Of a stretch of DNA of 64,000 nt, positions 29,940 through 37,772 are shown in pieces. The stretch's first letter is position 1, and every line of letters begins with the position of its first letter. This stretch comes from Thermomicrobiaceae bacterium (GTDB lineage Bacteria > Chloroflexota > Chloroflexia > Thermomicrobiales > Thermomicrobiaceae). Below the pieces are notes generated by a model. It ran no database searches. It saw nothing but the letters and a program-made list of their open reading frames with translations, and had not been told where the DNA came from. Both the position numbers and the translations under genes were made by a program. The stretch is taken from positions 7,247-71,246 of the forward strand of contig DATKRJ010000215.1 of the NCBI GenBank assembly GCA_035532355.1, written 5' to 3'.

Positions 29940-30728
29940 ATGGATCTGGGACTGAACGGCAAGGTCGTCATTGTGGCCGCCGCGAGCAAGGGCCTCGGGC
30001 GCGCCGTCGCCACGATCATGGCACAGGAGGGCGCAAGGGTCACGATCTTCTCCCGGGACCGCGAGCGCATCGAGCGAACCGCCGCGGAGATACGCGCCGA
30101 GACGGGAGCCGAAGTCTTGAGCCTCACCGTCGATGTTACCCAGCCGGACGATATCGCGCGAGCCATCGACGAGACCGTGCAGCACTTCGGCCGCCTGGAC
30201 ATCCTGGTCACCAACGCCGGCGGGCCACCCGCTGGAACCTTCGAGACGCTGAGCGACGACGACTTCGCGAGGGCGATCGAGCTGAACCTGCTGAGCACGG
30301 TCCGCATGTGCCAGGCGGCGGTGCCGCACATGAAGGAGCGCGGCGGCAGCATCGTCACGATCACGTCCATCTCGGTCAAGCAGCCACTTCCCGGCCTGAT
30401 CCTGTCCAATACAGCCCGCACCGGCGTGGTCGGTCTGGTCAAGTCGATGGCCAACGAGCTGGGCCACTACAACATCCGGGTCAACAACGTTGGCCCGGGC
30501 CCGACCAAGACCGACCGCATCATCGACCTGGCCCGCCAACGCGCCGCGCGCGACGACCTCTCGCTGGACGCCGCGCTGGAAGAGAGCGCCGACGGTATCC
30601 CGCTGGGTCGGCTGGGCGAGCCCGAGGAGTTTGGACGGGTGGTGGCCTTCCTGGCCTCACCGGCCGCGAGCTACGTCTCCGGCCAGACATTGATCGTCGA
30701 CGGTGGCATGTCGCGCGGCTCGATGTGA
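29940..30728 (+). CDS. SDR family oxidoreductase (FabG-like)
   Basis: GKVVIVAAASKGLGRAVA (TGxxxGxG-like) and the NAGG motif VTNAGGPP. 262 aa. Confidence 0.85.
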   Translation: MDLGLNGKVVIVAAASKGLGRAVATIMAQEGARVTIFSRDRERIERTAAEIRAETGAEVLSLTVDVTQPDDIARAIDETVQHFGRLDILVTNAGGPPAGTFETLSDDDFARAIELNLLSTVRMCQAAVPHMKERGGSIVTITSISVKQPLPGLILSNTARTGVVGLVKSMANELGHYNIRVNNVGPGPTKTDRIIDLARQRAARDDLSLDAALEESADGIPLGRLGEPEEFGRVVAFLASPAASYVSGQTLIVDGGMSRGSM

Positions 30729-30808
30729 CCGCGGTCGGTGGTACTGGGTACACGCACCATCGGCGGCTGCCCGGGGCGGGTGGGCAGCTGAACCGCGGCG
30801 CTGGGCGT

Positions 30809-30838
30809 TTGGACAGCCCGGCGCCACGCCGCTATAAT
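30809..30838 (+). promoter_or_regulatory. Sigma70-like promoter for the GT4/phosphatidyltransferase pair
   Basis: TTGGAC (30809-30814), an 18-nt spacer, then a perfect TATAAT (30833-30838). It implies a 5' UTR of about 145 nt. Confidence 0.5.
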
Positions 30839-30990
30839 GCCGCCCGTTGGCGCCCATCCTGGACTGCCCGGCGCCTGACCGCATCCCTGGAAGGACAACG
30901 GGTGGCCCCAGCGGGTACCGGTGGGGGCTTCACGGGTTCGACCGGACCAGCGCTGCCGATGGCCGGGGCGGTGTCGTCCGAGGGCCTCCG

Positions 30991-32145
30991 ATGAAGATCC
31001 TCCTCGTATCGCCGTTCGACTTCCGGTATCCCGGAGGCGTCAACGAGCACGTCCTCCATCTGGATCGCGAGTTCCAGGAACTCGGCCACCGGACCCGCGT
31101 GCTCTCGCCCCGCTCCGACGAGGAAGGGGAGGAGGACGACGGCCACTTCTACAAACTGGGAATGGCACTACCGGTGCCGTCCAACGGCTCGACGGCGCGG
31201 ATCACCCTCTCGCCGTTCGTCTCGGGCAAGGTGAAAGAGTTCCTCCAGCGGGAAGAGTTCGACGTCATTCACCTGCACGAGCCGCTGGCGCCGACCTTGC
31301 CGCTGATGGTGCTGCTGCACTCCAAGTCCGTCAACGTCGGCACCTTCCACGCGGCGCGATCGTCGAATCTCGCCTACTTCTACGGCAAGCCGCTCCTGTC
31401 GTACTTCTTCGGCCGCCTGCACGCGCGCATCGCCGTCTCGCCGTCCGCGCAGGAGTTCGTCGAGCAGTACTTCGCGTCGACCTACGAGGTGGTGCCCAAC
31501 GGGATCGACATCACCCAGTTCGGGCCGCACGTGCGGCCGATCGAGCGCTACGTCGACGGGTCGCGAAACCTGCTCTTCGTGGGGCGCTTCAACGAGTCGC
31601 GCAAGGGGCTAAAGTTCCTGCTGCGCGCGTTCGCGCTAGTCCGACAGGAGTTCCCGGAGACACGGCTGTTGGTGGTCGGCCCCGGGACGCCGCGGCGCTA
31701 CGACCGGGAACTGGAGCGCTTCGAGCTGGAGAACGTGGAGTTCGTCGGCGCGGTGAGGAAGGAAGAGCTCGCTTCCTACTATGCGACGTGCGACGTCTTC
31801 TGTGCCCCGTCGACCGGCCGGGAGAGCTTTGGCATCGTGCTCCTCGAGGCGATGGCCTCCGGCAAACCGGTCGTGGCCACCAGCATCCCGGGCTACACCG
31901 CCGTCGCGCGTCACGGCGTCGAGGCGCTGCTGGTCGAGCGCAAGAACCCCGAGGCGCTGGCCATGGCGCTGGTGCACGTCCTGGCCGACGAGCACCTCGC
32001 GGCCCGTCTGGGCGAGGCCGGCCGGGCTCGGGCAGAAGAGCACTCGTGGCCCGTCATCGCGCGACGGGTGCTCGACATCTATGCGCGGGCACTGGAGCAG
32101 TACCGGCCGGCCGGCGGTGTCCCGCTGTTTGCGACGCGACGGTAG
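30991..32145 (+). CDS. Family 4 glycosyltransferase (GT-B), PimA-like mannosyltransferase
   Basis: MKILLVSPFDFRYPGGVNEHVLHL...ESFGIVLLEAMASGKPVVAT (EX7E region). Confidence 0.75.
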   Translation: MKILLVSPFDFRYPGGVNEHVLHLDREFQELGHRTRVLSPRSDEEGEEDDGHFYKLGMALPVPSNGSTARITLSPFVSGKVKEFLQREEFDVIHLHEPLAPTLPLMVLLHSKSVNVGTFHAARSSNLAYFYGKPLLSYFFGRLHARIAVSPSAQEFVEQYFASTYEVVPNGIDITQFGPHVRPIERYVDGSRNLLFVGRFNESRKGLKFLLRAFALVRQEFPETRLLVVGPGTPRRYDRELERFELENVEFVGAVRKEELASYYATCDVFCAPSTGRESFGIVLLEAMASGKPVVATSIPGYTAVARHGVEALLVERKNPEALAMALVHVLADEHLAARLGEAGRARAEEHSWPVIARRVLDIYARALEQYRPAGGVPLFATRR

Positions 32146-32161
32146 GAACCCCGAGGGATCG

Positions 32162-32761
32162 ATGATCAGCACCCTTCTCGGCAGCTGGGTTCGACTGCGT
32201 CTGCAGCGCGTCGGCTCCCTGGCAGCTCGATCCGGCCTCTCCCCGAACGCCTTCACGCTACTGGGGCTGGCGCTGAACGTCTTCGTCGCGGGCGTCATCG
32301 CTTCGGGGAACCTGGTCCTCGCGGGCGTCCTGGCGCTGGGTGCCGGGGCGTTCGACATGCTCGACGGCGCCGTGGCTCGCGTCACGAATCGCATCACGCA
32401 CTTTGGCGGCTTCCTCGACTCGACTCTCGATCGGTACTCCGAGGCCGTCCTCTACTTTGGTCTGCTCGTGTACCTGCTGCGCGCCGGGGGTAATCAGACC
32501 GGGATCTTGCTGGTCTATGCCACGGTCGTCGGCTCGATCATGGTCAGCTACGCACGGGCGCGCGCCGAGGCGGCCGGCCTGAAGGCCGAGGTGGGCCTCT
32601 TCGCCCGCCCGGAGCGGGTGATCCTGCTGGCGCTGTTCCTCATTCTGCGACGTCCGGTTTGGGCGTTGTGGATCCTGGCGGTGCTAACGAACCTCACCAC
32701 GGCGCAGCGCATCCTCCACGTCTGGCGCGCGACTCGCGCCGGTGACCAGCGAGCGAACTGA
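32162..32761 (+). CDS. CDP-alcohol phosphatidyltransferase (PgsA / phosphatidylinositol-phosphate synthase-like)
   Basis: Complete signature D-x2-DG-x2-AR-x8-G-x3-D-x3-D in FDMLDGAVARVTNRITHFGGFLDSTLDRY, with multiple TM helices. Confidence 0.85.
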   Translation: MISTLLGSWVRLRLQRVGSLAARSGLSPNAFTLLGLALNVFVAGVIASGNLVLAGVLALGAGAFDMLDGAVARVTNRITHFGGFLDSTLDRYSEAVLYFGLLVYLLRAGGNQTGILLVYATVVGSIMVSYARARAEAAGLKAEVGLFARPERVILLALFLILRRPVWALWILAVLTNLTTAQRILHVWRATRAGDQRAN

Positions 32762-32833
32762 GCCGAGGCCTTCGATCCTCTCCGTGGTCGGCGTAACCGA
32801 GCGGGGAGGGCGAGCGTTTTGGGTCTCGGAAGG

Positions 32834-33250
32834 ATGGTGACCTTGACCTCGGGGAAGACCCTGTCGCGCTGGATGCTCGGGACTGCCATGCTCGCGCTGC
32901 TGGCGCTGGGCATCGCGGGATGCCGGGTCGTGGGCGGCACCGCCACATCGGACACGCCGGTGGCCGCCGCCACGCCGACGCTGCCGCCGGTGATGAGAAT
33001 CGTCACGCCAACACCGGCTCCGGCCGGCACTCCCTCCTCCGTGCCGCCCGCACCAGCGGCGACGCGTCCGCCGGCACAGCCGGCCAACAGCACGTATATC
33101 GTTCAGGCCGGCGACACGCTCTACGTCATCGCCGCCAAGCTGAACGTCAGCGTCCAGGCGCTGGCGACCGCCAACGGAATCACCAATCCCAGCAGCATCC
33201 AGGTCGGGCAGGTGCTCAAGGTCCCGACCCCCACCCCGTCGAAGCCGTAG
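32834..33250 (+). CDS. LysM-domain lipoprotein
   Basis: Lipobox LALGIAGC, a Pro/Thr/Ala linker, and a C-terminal LysM domain YIVQAGDTLYVIAAKLNVSVQALATANGITNPSSIQVGQVLKVP. The start is uncertain between 32819 and 32873. Confidence 0.75.
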   Translation: MVTLTSGKTLSRWMLGTAMLALLALGIAGCRVVGGTATSDTPVAAATPTLPPVMRIVTPTPAPAGTPSSVPPAPAATRPPAQPANSTYIVQAGDTLYVIAAKLNVSVQALATANGITNPSSIQVGQVLKVPTPTPSKP

Positions 33251-33327
33251 CCAGGAGGAGCCCGCCGCGTGACGCTGGCATCGGTCTCGCGTTGACACCG
33301 GGCGGTGGCGCGTGGTAAGGTTTGTGC

Positions 33328-33496
33328 AGTTCATCGCAAAGTCTTCGGACCGAGCAGGGTGAAGGAGGTGATGCCCACTTATGTGTAGTCATGGTACGCG
33401 GGGCATCACCGGGGAGTTCGTCGGCTAGACCGACACCGCCTCGGTGATGACCCGAGACACCAAGAGGCCGGCGCTCACGCGCCGGCCTCGTTTGTT
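33328..33496 (+). ncRNA. Candidate small RNA or small-ORF transcript bounded by a promoter and an intrinsic terminator
   Basis: Promoter TTGACA (33292-33297), 18-nt spacer, TAAGGT (33316-33321). UUCG hairpin at 33341-33350. Perfect 10-bp helix ggtgatgccc (33367-33376) with gggcatcacc (33401-33410). Terminator at 33464-33496. No family was recognised. Confidence 0.35.
33464..33496 (+). terminator. Rho-independent terminator
   Basis: Perfect 11-bp stem gaggccggcgc / gcgccggcctc with loop tcac, followed by gtttgtt. Confidence 0.7.
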
Positions 33497-33522
33497 GGCC
33501 ATCCCGCCGCCGTTTCGGTGAC

Positions 33523-34011
33523 CTACGGTGCGGTCGCCACGTCGGACGCGCCGATCGCACCGCTTCCCAGCAGCGGCAGCCGCATCAACGCGAACGCGTC
33601 GTCGTCCGCCGCGACCCGGTTGTGGCGCTCGACCCCACAGCCGGCACAGCGGTGCACCAGCACCTGCTCGCCCGAACGGCGCGCGAAGACCCCAATCGGC
33701 TCCATCGTTGCCCTGCATGGACTATCCCGATCGCCGGGCCGCCGCTCGTCCACGTGACGCGAGTGCAGGCAGAACGGGCAGTGATTGCGATGCCGGCCAC
33801 CGTCGACAGTGTGACCCACCATGGCACGGCAGCGCCGGCAGCGAAATGAGTCTGTCTCGGGACGTCTCGCCGCGCGCAACTCGCGCCGGCTCGCCCCGGA
33901 CGTGCCGGTGGACCGGCGCGCAGGCCGGGACACCCGGCGGATCGGCTCGCGACCTGACCGCGCGTCTGCCTCGCGGTCGTCGTCCCAGACGTCGTTGCGG
34001 TCGTATCCCAC
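33523..34011 (-). CDS. RNHCP domain-containing zinc-binding protein
   Basis: FRCRRCRAMV...GGRHRNHCPFCLHSRHVD...CRATMEP...VHRCAGCGVERHNRVAADDD. GTG start. Confidence 0.75.
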   Translation of the reverse strand: MGYDRNDVWDDDREADARSGREPIRRVSRPARRSTGTSGASRRELRAARRPETDSFRCRRCRAMVGHTVDGGRHRNHCPFCLHSRHVDERRPGDRDSPCRATMEPIGVFARRSGEQVLVHRCAGCGVERHNRVAADDDAFALMRLPLLGSGAIGASDVATAP

Positions 34012-34776
34012 GCTGAATCTCCCCCGTCATGACATGCGGAAGACCGGGGCAGGAATTCGCCTGGGTCACAAGTTCCATGAGGCCCTCCTGTGCCGCCGAC
34101 GGCGGCTGTATTGGTCGAACTCACGGGCAGCAGCAAGCGCCGACTCGGCTGGTCGGTCGCCTTCGTGCGCGGTCGATCCGGGTGTGTCCGGTGGGCGCGC
34201 AGGGGGTTAGACGACGAGCCAACCGCCGGGCCATGGATAGGCCGCGGCGATCACGTCAATGCGCGTCAGCGTCAGGAGAGCGACTACTCGAGGACCGGCT
34301 CGGGCCCCGGCGGCGATTCGCCGCGGGTCCGCGCCGGCACGGGGGTCAGGATTCGCTAGCGCTCAACGTGACGGCGGGATGACGTGAAATCCGCGGCCTC
34401 GCGCGCAATCGCCTGTATCGTCGACATGAGGCCCGTCCCTTCCGTCTCGCGCACACCGTTCGTCTTGGCAACGGCCGGTGACGCGGCGGAGCGTACCTCG
34501 CCATCACCGTCCAGGTCAATCGATCCAGGGCGATCGAGGGAGATCTATGTTGGTGGAGGCAGACTGGTCAGAGATCGGACGCTCTCGGATTGCGCGGCGA
34601 TCACCAGCCTCATACGCTTGGGAGACGAACGCTGCGGAGTTCAGCCGACGCGCGTGGTGGCCCGACCGGGATGCGCTGGGTTGTACCCGGCGATCGTGGT
34701 TCTCGTTGCCACACGGATCGCACGGTTCCGCGCCATACGAGTGACTCCAGCACGCTTCCAGAAAGGTCGCAGGTCG

Positions 34777-35163
34777 ATGACGCTCTTTCGCGGCGTAGCC
34801 TACGAATACTCAGCCGGTGCCGGCGGTCTCCTTTTCACTGCCGGCGCCTGCCCGCTGAACGCGGAGGGCAAGGTCGTTGGTATCGACGATCTGGAGGCAC
34901 AGGCCGCGGCGGCCACGGACAACCTGCTCGAGGCACTCCACGAGGCCGGCAGTGGCGCCCAGAGCTTGGTCAAGACCACGATCTACGTCGTCGGCCGGGA
35001 TCGCGATGACCTCGTGCGCGTGTGGCAGGTCGTCTCGGCGCGACTGGGCAGGACGCCCAGTACCCTGCTCGGCGTGTCTCTGCTCGGCTATCCCGACCAG
35101 TTGGTCGAGATCGAGGCGATCGCGTCGTTGACCCCCGCCACTGAGTCCGCGACGGGTCGCTGA
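34777..35163 (+). CDS. RidA/YjgF/TdcF family enamine/imine deaminase
   Basis: LLFTAGACPLNAEGKVVG...DDLEAQAAAATDNLLEALHEAG...VKTTIYV...LVEIEAIA. The 131-aa upstream extension in the track ORF looks non-coding. Confidence 0.8.
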   Translation: MTLFRGVAYEYSAGAGGLLFTAGACPLNAEGKVVGIDDLEAQAAAATDNLLEALHEAGSGAQSLVKTTIYVVGRDRDDLVRVWQVVSARLGRTPSTLLGVSLLGYPDQLVEIEAIASLTPATESATGR

Positions 35164-35327
35164 GGGCCGCCAGGGCGATGCGCGTACCACGATGGACTCG
35201 AACCCCAACCTTGCTCGATACTGCTCCGGACGTGAGCGGCCGCGCGCCAGGCGAGAAACGCGACCTGTCGGCCGTAGCTGAGGACAGTCCCCCGTCAGAT
35301 TGCGGGGGGTCGAGGGAGGACGCGAGC

Positions 35328-36827
35328 ATGGATGTCTCCGTACGCAACCTGTCCCTGGCACGGGAAGCGTTCGACGCGATCATCGTTCCGGTGGGGCCGG
35401 ACCGCGCACTCCAGCCAGACGGTGCCGCGGTTGACCGGGCCATGGGCGGAATACTGTCCACGGCGTTGGGCGACGCCGACTTCGAGGGCGGGGTCGGCAA
35501 GGCCATGGTGATCCCGACCCTCGGCCATCTACCGGCACGCCGGGTGGTCGTCGTCGGAATCGGAGCTGCGGCGGCGCTCTCCGTCGCGGCGGTCACCCGC
35601 GCCTGGTCGGTCGGCATCCGGGCGGCTCGCGACAGCGGCGCCCGCACCGTCGCCAGCGCCGCCCCGCCGACCGGGACGGACATTGCCGCGACAGACGCCT
35701 ATCGCGCCGCCGCGACCGGCGCGGTGCTGGGCGCGTACGAGTTCCTGGAGTATCGCACGCTCGACCGTCCAACCCGCGCGGTCGATTCCCTGACCTTCGC
35801 CGCCGACAGCGACGAGGCGCGCCGCGGGGTGGCCGACGGCACGGCCGTGGCCGGCGGCGTGAGTCTGGCTCGGGACCTGGTCAACCAGCCGCCGGATGCG
35901 CTCTATCCCGAGCGGCTGGCCGAGATCGCCCAGGACGTCGCCGGGCGCACCGGCCTCGAGTGTCGCATTCACGACCGGCAGGCGCTCGAGTCGATGGGGG
36001 CTGGGGCGACGCTCGGGGTCGGCAAGGGCAGCGCCCGCGAGCCGCGGCTCATCCACCTGACTTACACGCCACAGGGCCCCTCGCTCGGCAGCGTCGGGTT
36101 CGTCGGCAAAGCCATCACCTTCGACACCGGCGGGATCAACTTGAAGCCCACCGGCGGCGGGCTCGAGCACATGAAGAGCGATATGGCGGGGGGCGCGGCG
36201 GTCATCGGGGCCATGAGCGTCCTCCGGGCCCTCGGCGTGCCCTTCACGGTACACGGGGTGGTCGCCTCGGCCGAGAACATGCTGAGCAGCACGGCCTTTC
36301 GCCCTGGTGACGTCCTGAGGGCCATGAACGGAAAGACCATCGAGGTCATCAGCACCGACGCCGAGGGGCGACTGGTGCTGGCCGACGCGCTCACCTACAC
36401 CGCGCGCCAGGGCGCGCACGCCATGATCGACCTCGCCACCCTCACCGGCGCGTCCGTCGTTGCCCTGGGACAGCAGGCCGCCGGAGTCTTCGGCACCAGC
36501 CAGCCGCTGGTCGACGACATCCTGGCCGCGTCCGGACGCACGGGCGAACTCATGTGGCACATGCCGCTGTGGCCGGAGTATCGGGAGCTCATCCGGGGCG
36601 ACGTGGCGGATCTCAAGAATAGCGGCGGGCGCCCGGCCGGCGCGGTTACGGCAGCCCTGTTCCTCAAGGAGTTCACTGAGGGCGTCGACTGGGTTCACCT
36701 GGATATCGCGGGACCGGCCTGGACCGAGCGCGTCACCGACCTGTCGACCAAGGGTGGCACCGGTTATCCTGTGCGGACGCTGCTGGCGTTTCTGGAGAAT
36801 CGAGCGTCACGACGGCCAAACGCTTGA
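35328..36827 (+). CDS. pepA: Leucyl aminopeptidase (M17)
   Basis: VNQPPDALYPERLAE, GKAITFDTGGINLKP, MKSDMAGGAAV and STDAEGRLVLADAL. Confidence 0.9.
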   Translation: MDVSVRNLSLAREAFDAIIVPVGPDRALQPDGAAVDRAMGGILSTALGDADFEGGVGKAMVIPTLGHLPARRVVVVGIGAAAALSVAAVTRAWSVGIRAARDSGARTVASAAPPTGTDIAATDAYRAAATGAVLGAYEFLEYRTLDRPTRAVDSLTFAADSDEARRGVADGTAVAGGVSLARDLVNQPPDALYPERLAEIAQDVAGRTGLECRIHDRQALESMGAGATLGVGKGSAREPRLIHLTYTPQGPSLGSVGFVGKAITFDTGGINLKPTGGGLEHMKSDMAGGAAVIGAMSVLRALGVPFTVHGVVASAENMLSSTAFRPGDVLRAMNGKTIEVISTDAEGRLVLADALTYTARQGAHAMIDLATLTGASVVALGQQAAGVFGTSQPLVDDILAASGRTGELMWHMPLWPEYRELIRGDVADLKNSGGRPAGAVTAALFLKEFTEGVDWVHLDIAGPAWTERVTDLSTKGGTGYPVRTLLAFLENRASRRPNA

Positions 36828-36833
36828 TGCACG

Positions 36834-37679
36834 TTACGTCAGGTTACTATCGCCGCCGGTCGGACCGGCGGCGATCAGCAGTTCGCGGCTCCTGATGAGC
36901 CGGTCGAGGTCGCCATCACAGGCGCCCTCGATCATGAGCGGGCCATCATAGCCTGCGCCACGGATCAGCCGCAGCAGCGCGGGCCAGTCGATTTCGCCCT
37001 CGCCGGGCGGAAGATGTCGCCGGCCCCGCGGCGCGGCGTCGCTCACATGTACGTTGCGCAGCCGGCCGGCCATGGCGCGTAAGACCGTGCCGTGCCCCAC
37101 GCCGGCGTCGACCGCCTGGAAGGGATCGAAGGTGAAGCCGATCGGCAGACCCCAGCCCCGCACCATCGTCACGCTCTCGGCGTCCCGCACCACGCACCAG
37201 GCGACGTTCTCGAGACACACCTCGATCCCGTGATCCGCCGCCTCGTACGCGAGCTGACCCAGGACCTCAGCGAAAGCGTCAAACCCCACGCCACGCTGGT
37301 GATCCGCCCGAGTGAGCCCGTGCCAGACGAGATTGCCGGCGCCGAGTAGCGCCGCCGCTTCGATCGCGCGTCGAAAGGCGTCGAACCCCTCCGCGCGGCG
37401 GCGCGCGTACGGATCGAAGAGTCGATGCAGCTCCGTGTGAGTGTGTACCGAATGGACGCGGCTGCCACCGTAACGCACCCGTCCAACGAGGTGGTGGACG
37501 AAACCGGCCTCGTACTCTCCCGCGGTCTGAAGCAGAACCTCCAGGATCGGGAAACCGATGCCGGCCAGCCGGTCGACGGCGTCCTCAGTGGACATACCGG
37601 GATAGAGGGCACCGGTGGATGCCCCGATCAGCATGACGGACGCCACGTTTCGGCGGCCGATCGTGCCGTTGGCCGGCAC
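36834..37679 (-). CDS. Sugar phosphate isomerase/epimerase family protein (xylose isomerase-like TIM barrel)
   Basis: Family resemblance only (IGASTGALY...GFPILEVL...NLVWHG...CLENV...VHVSD). An alternative start lies at 37634. Confidence 0.6.
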   Translation of the reverse strand: MPANGTIGRRNVASVMLIGASTGALYPGMSTEDAVDRLAGIGFPILEVLLQTAGEYEAGFVHHLVGRVRYGGSRVHSVHTHTELHRLFDPYARRRAEGFDAFRRAIEAAALLGAGNLVWHGLTRADHQRGVGFDAFAEVLGQLAYEAADHGIEVCLENVAWCVVRDAESVTMVRGWGLPIGFTFDPFQAVDAGVGHGTVLRAMAGRLRNVHVSDAAPRGRRHLPPGEGEIDWPALLRLIRGAGYDGPLMIEGACDGDLDRLIRSRELLIAAGPTGGDSNLT

Positions 37680-37772
37680 TCGGATCGAGTGCTAGCATTC
37701 ATGGTCGCGTCTCCCATCGCCGACGTGGCGGTTCGATCGGGTGCGGTCGCGCGGCAGATAGACGGGACAGCG

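Noticed and set aside
27264-30539. A 1091-aa ORF that suggests a giant PBP.
   Set aside because: Only the part from about 29642 downward has PBP1A features (TM helix, GT51 and transpeptidase motifs). The upstream third (29940-30539) is antisense to a well-supported SDR gene. Its Arg/Gly/Asp-rich composition is typical of high-GC mirror ORFs.
30921-30945. GGGTTCGACC, which resembles a tRNA T-loop.
   Set aside because: The flanking bases cannot form a T-stem, and no acceptor or anticodon arms are present. It lies in the 5' UTR of the GT4 gene.
33351-33376. CAGGGTGAAGGAGGTG, which resembles the RNase P CR-II element, plus a GUC-UUCG-GAC hairpin reminiscent of SRP helix 8.
   Set aside because: No GAGGAAAGUCC (CR-I), ACAGAA or other RNase P core elements are nearby, and the transcript is far too short. 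The SRP symmetric-loop AGCA/GGAA context is absent.
34384-34776. An N-terminal 131-aa extension of the RidA ORF.
   Set aside because: RidA-family proteins are about 125-130 aa. The homologous part starts at MTLFRG (34777). The extension has no SD and a junk-like composition.
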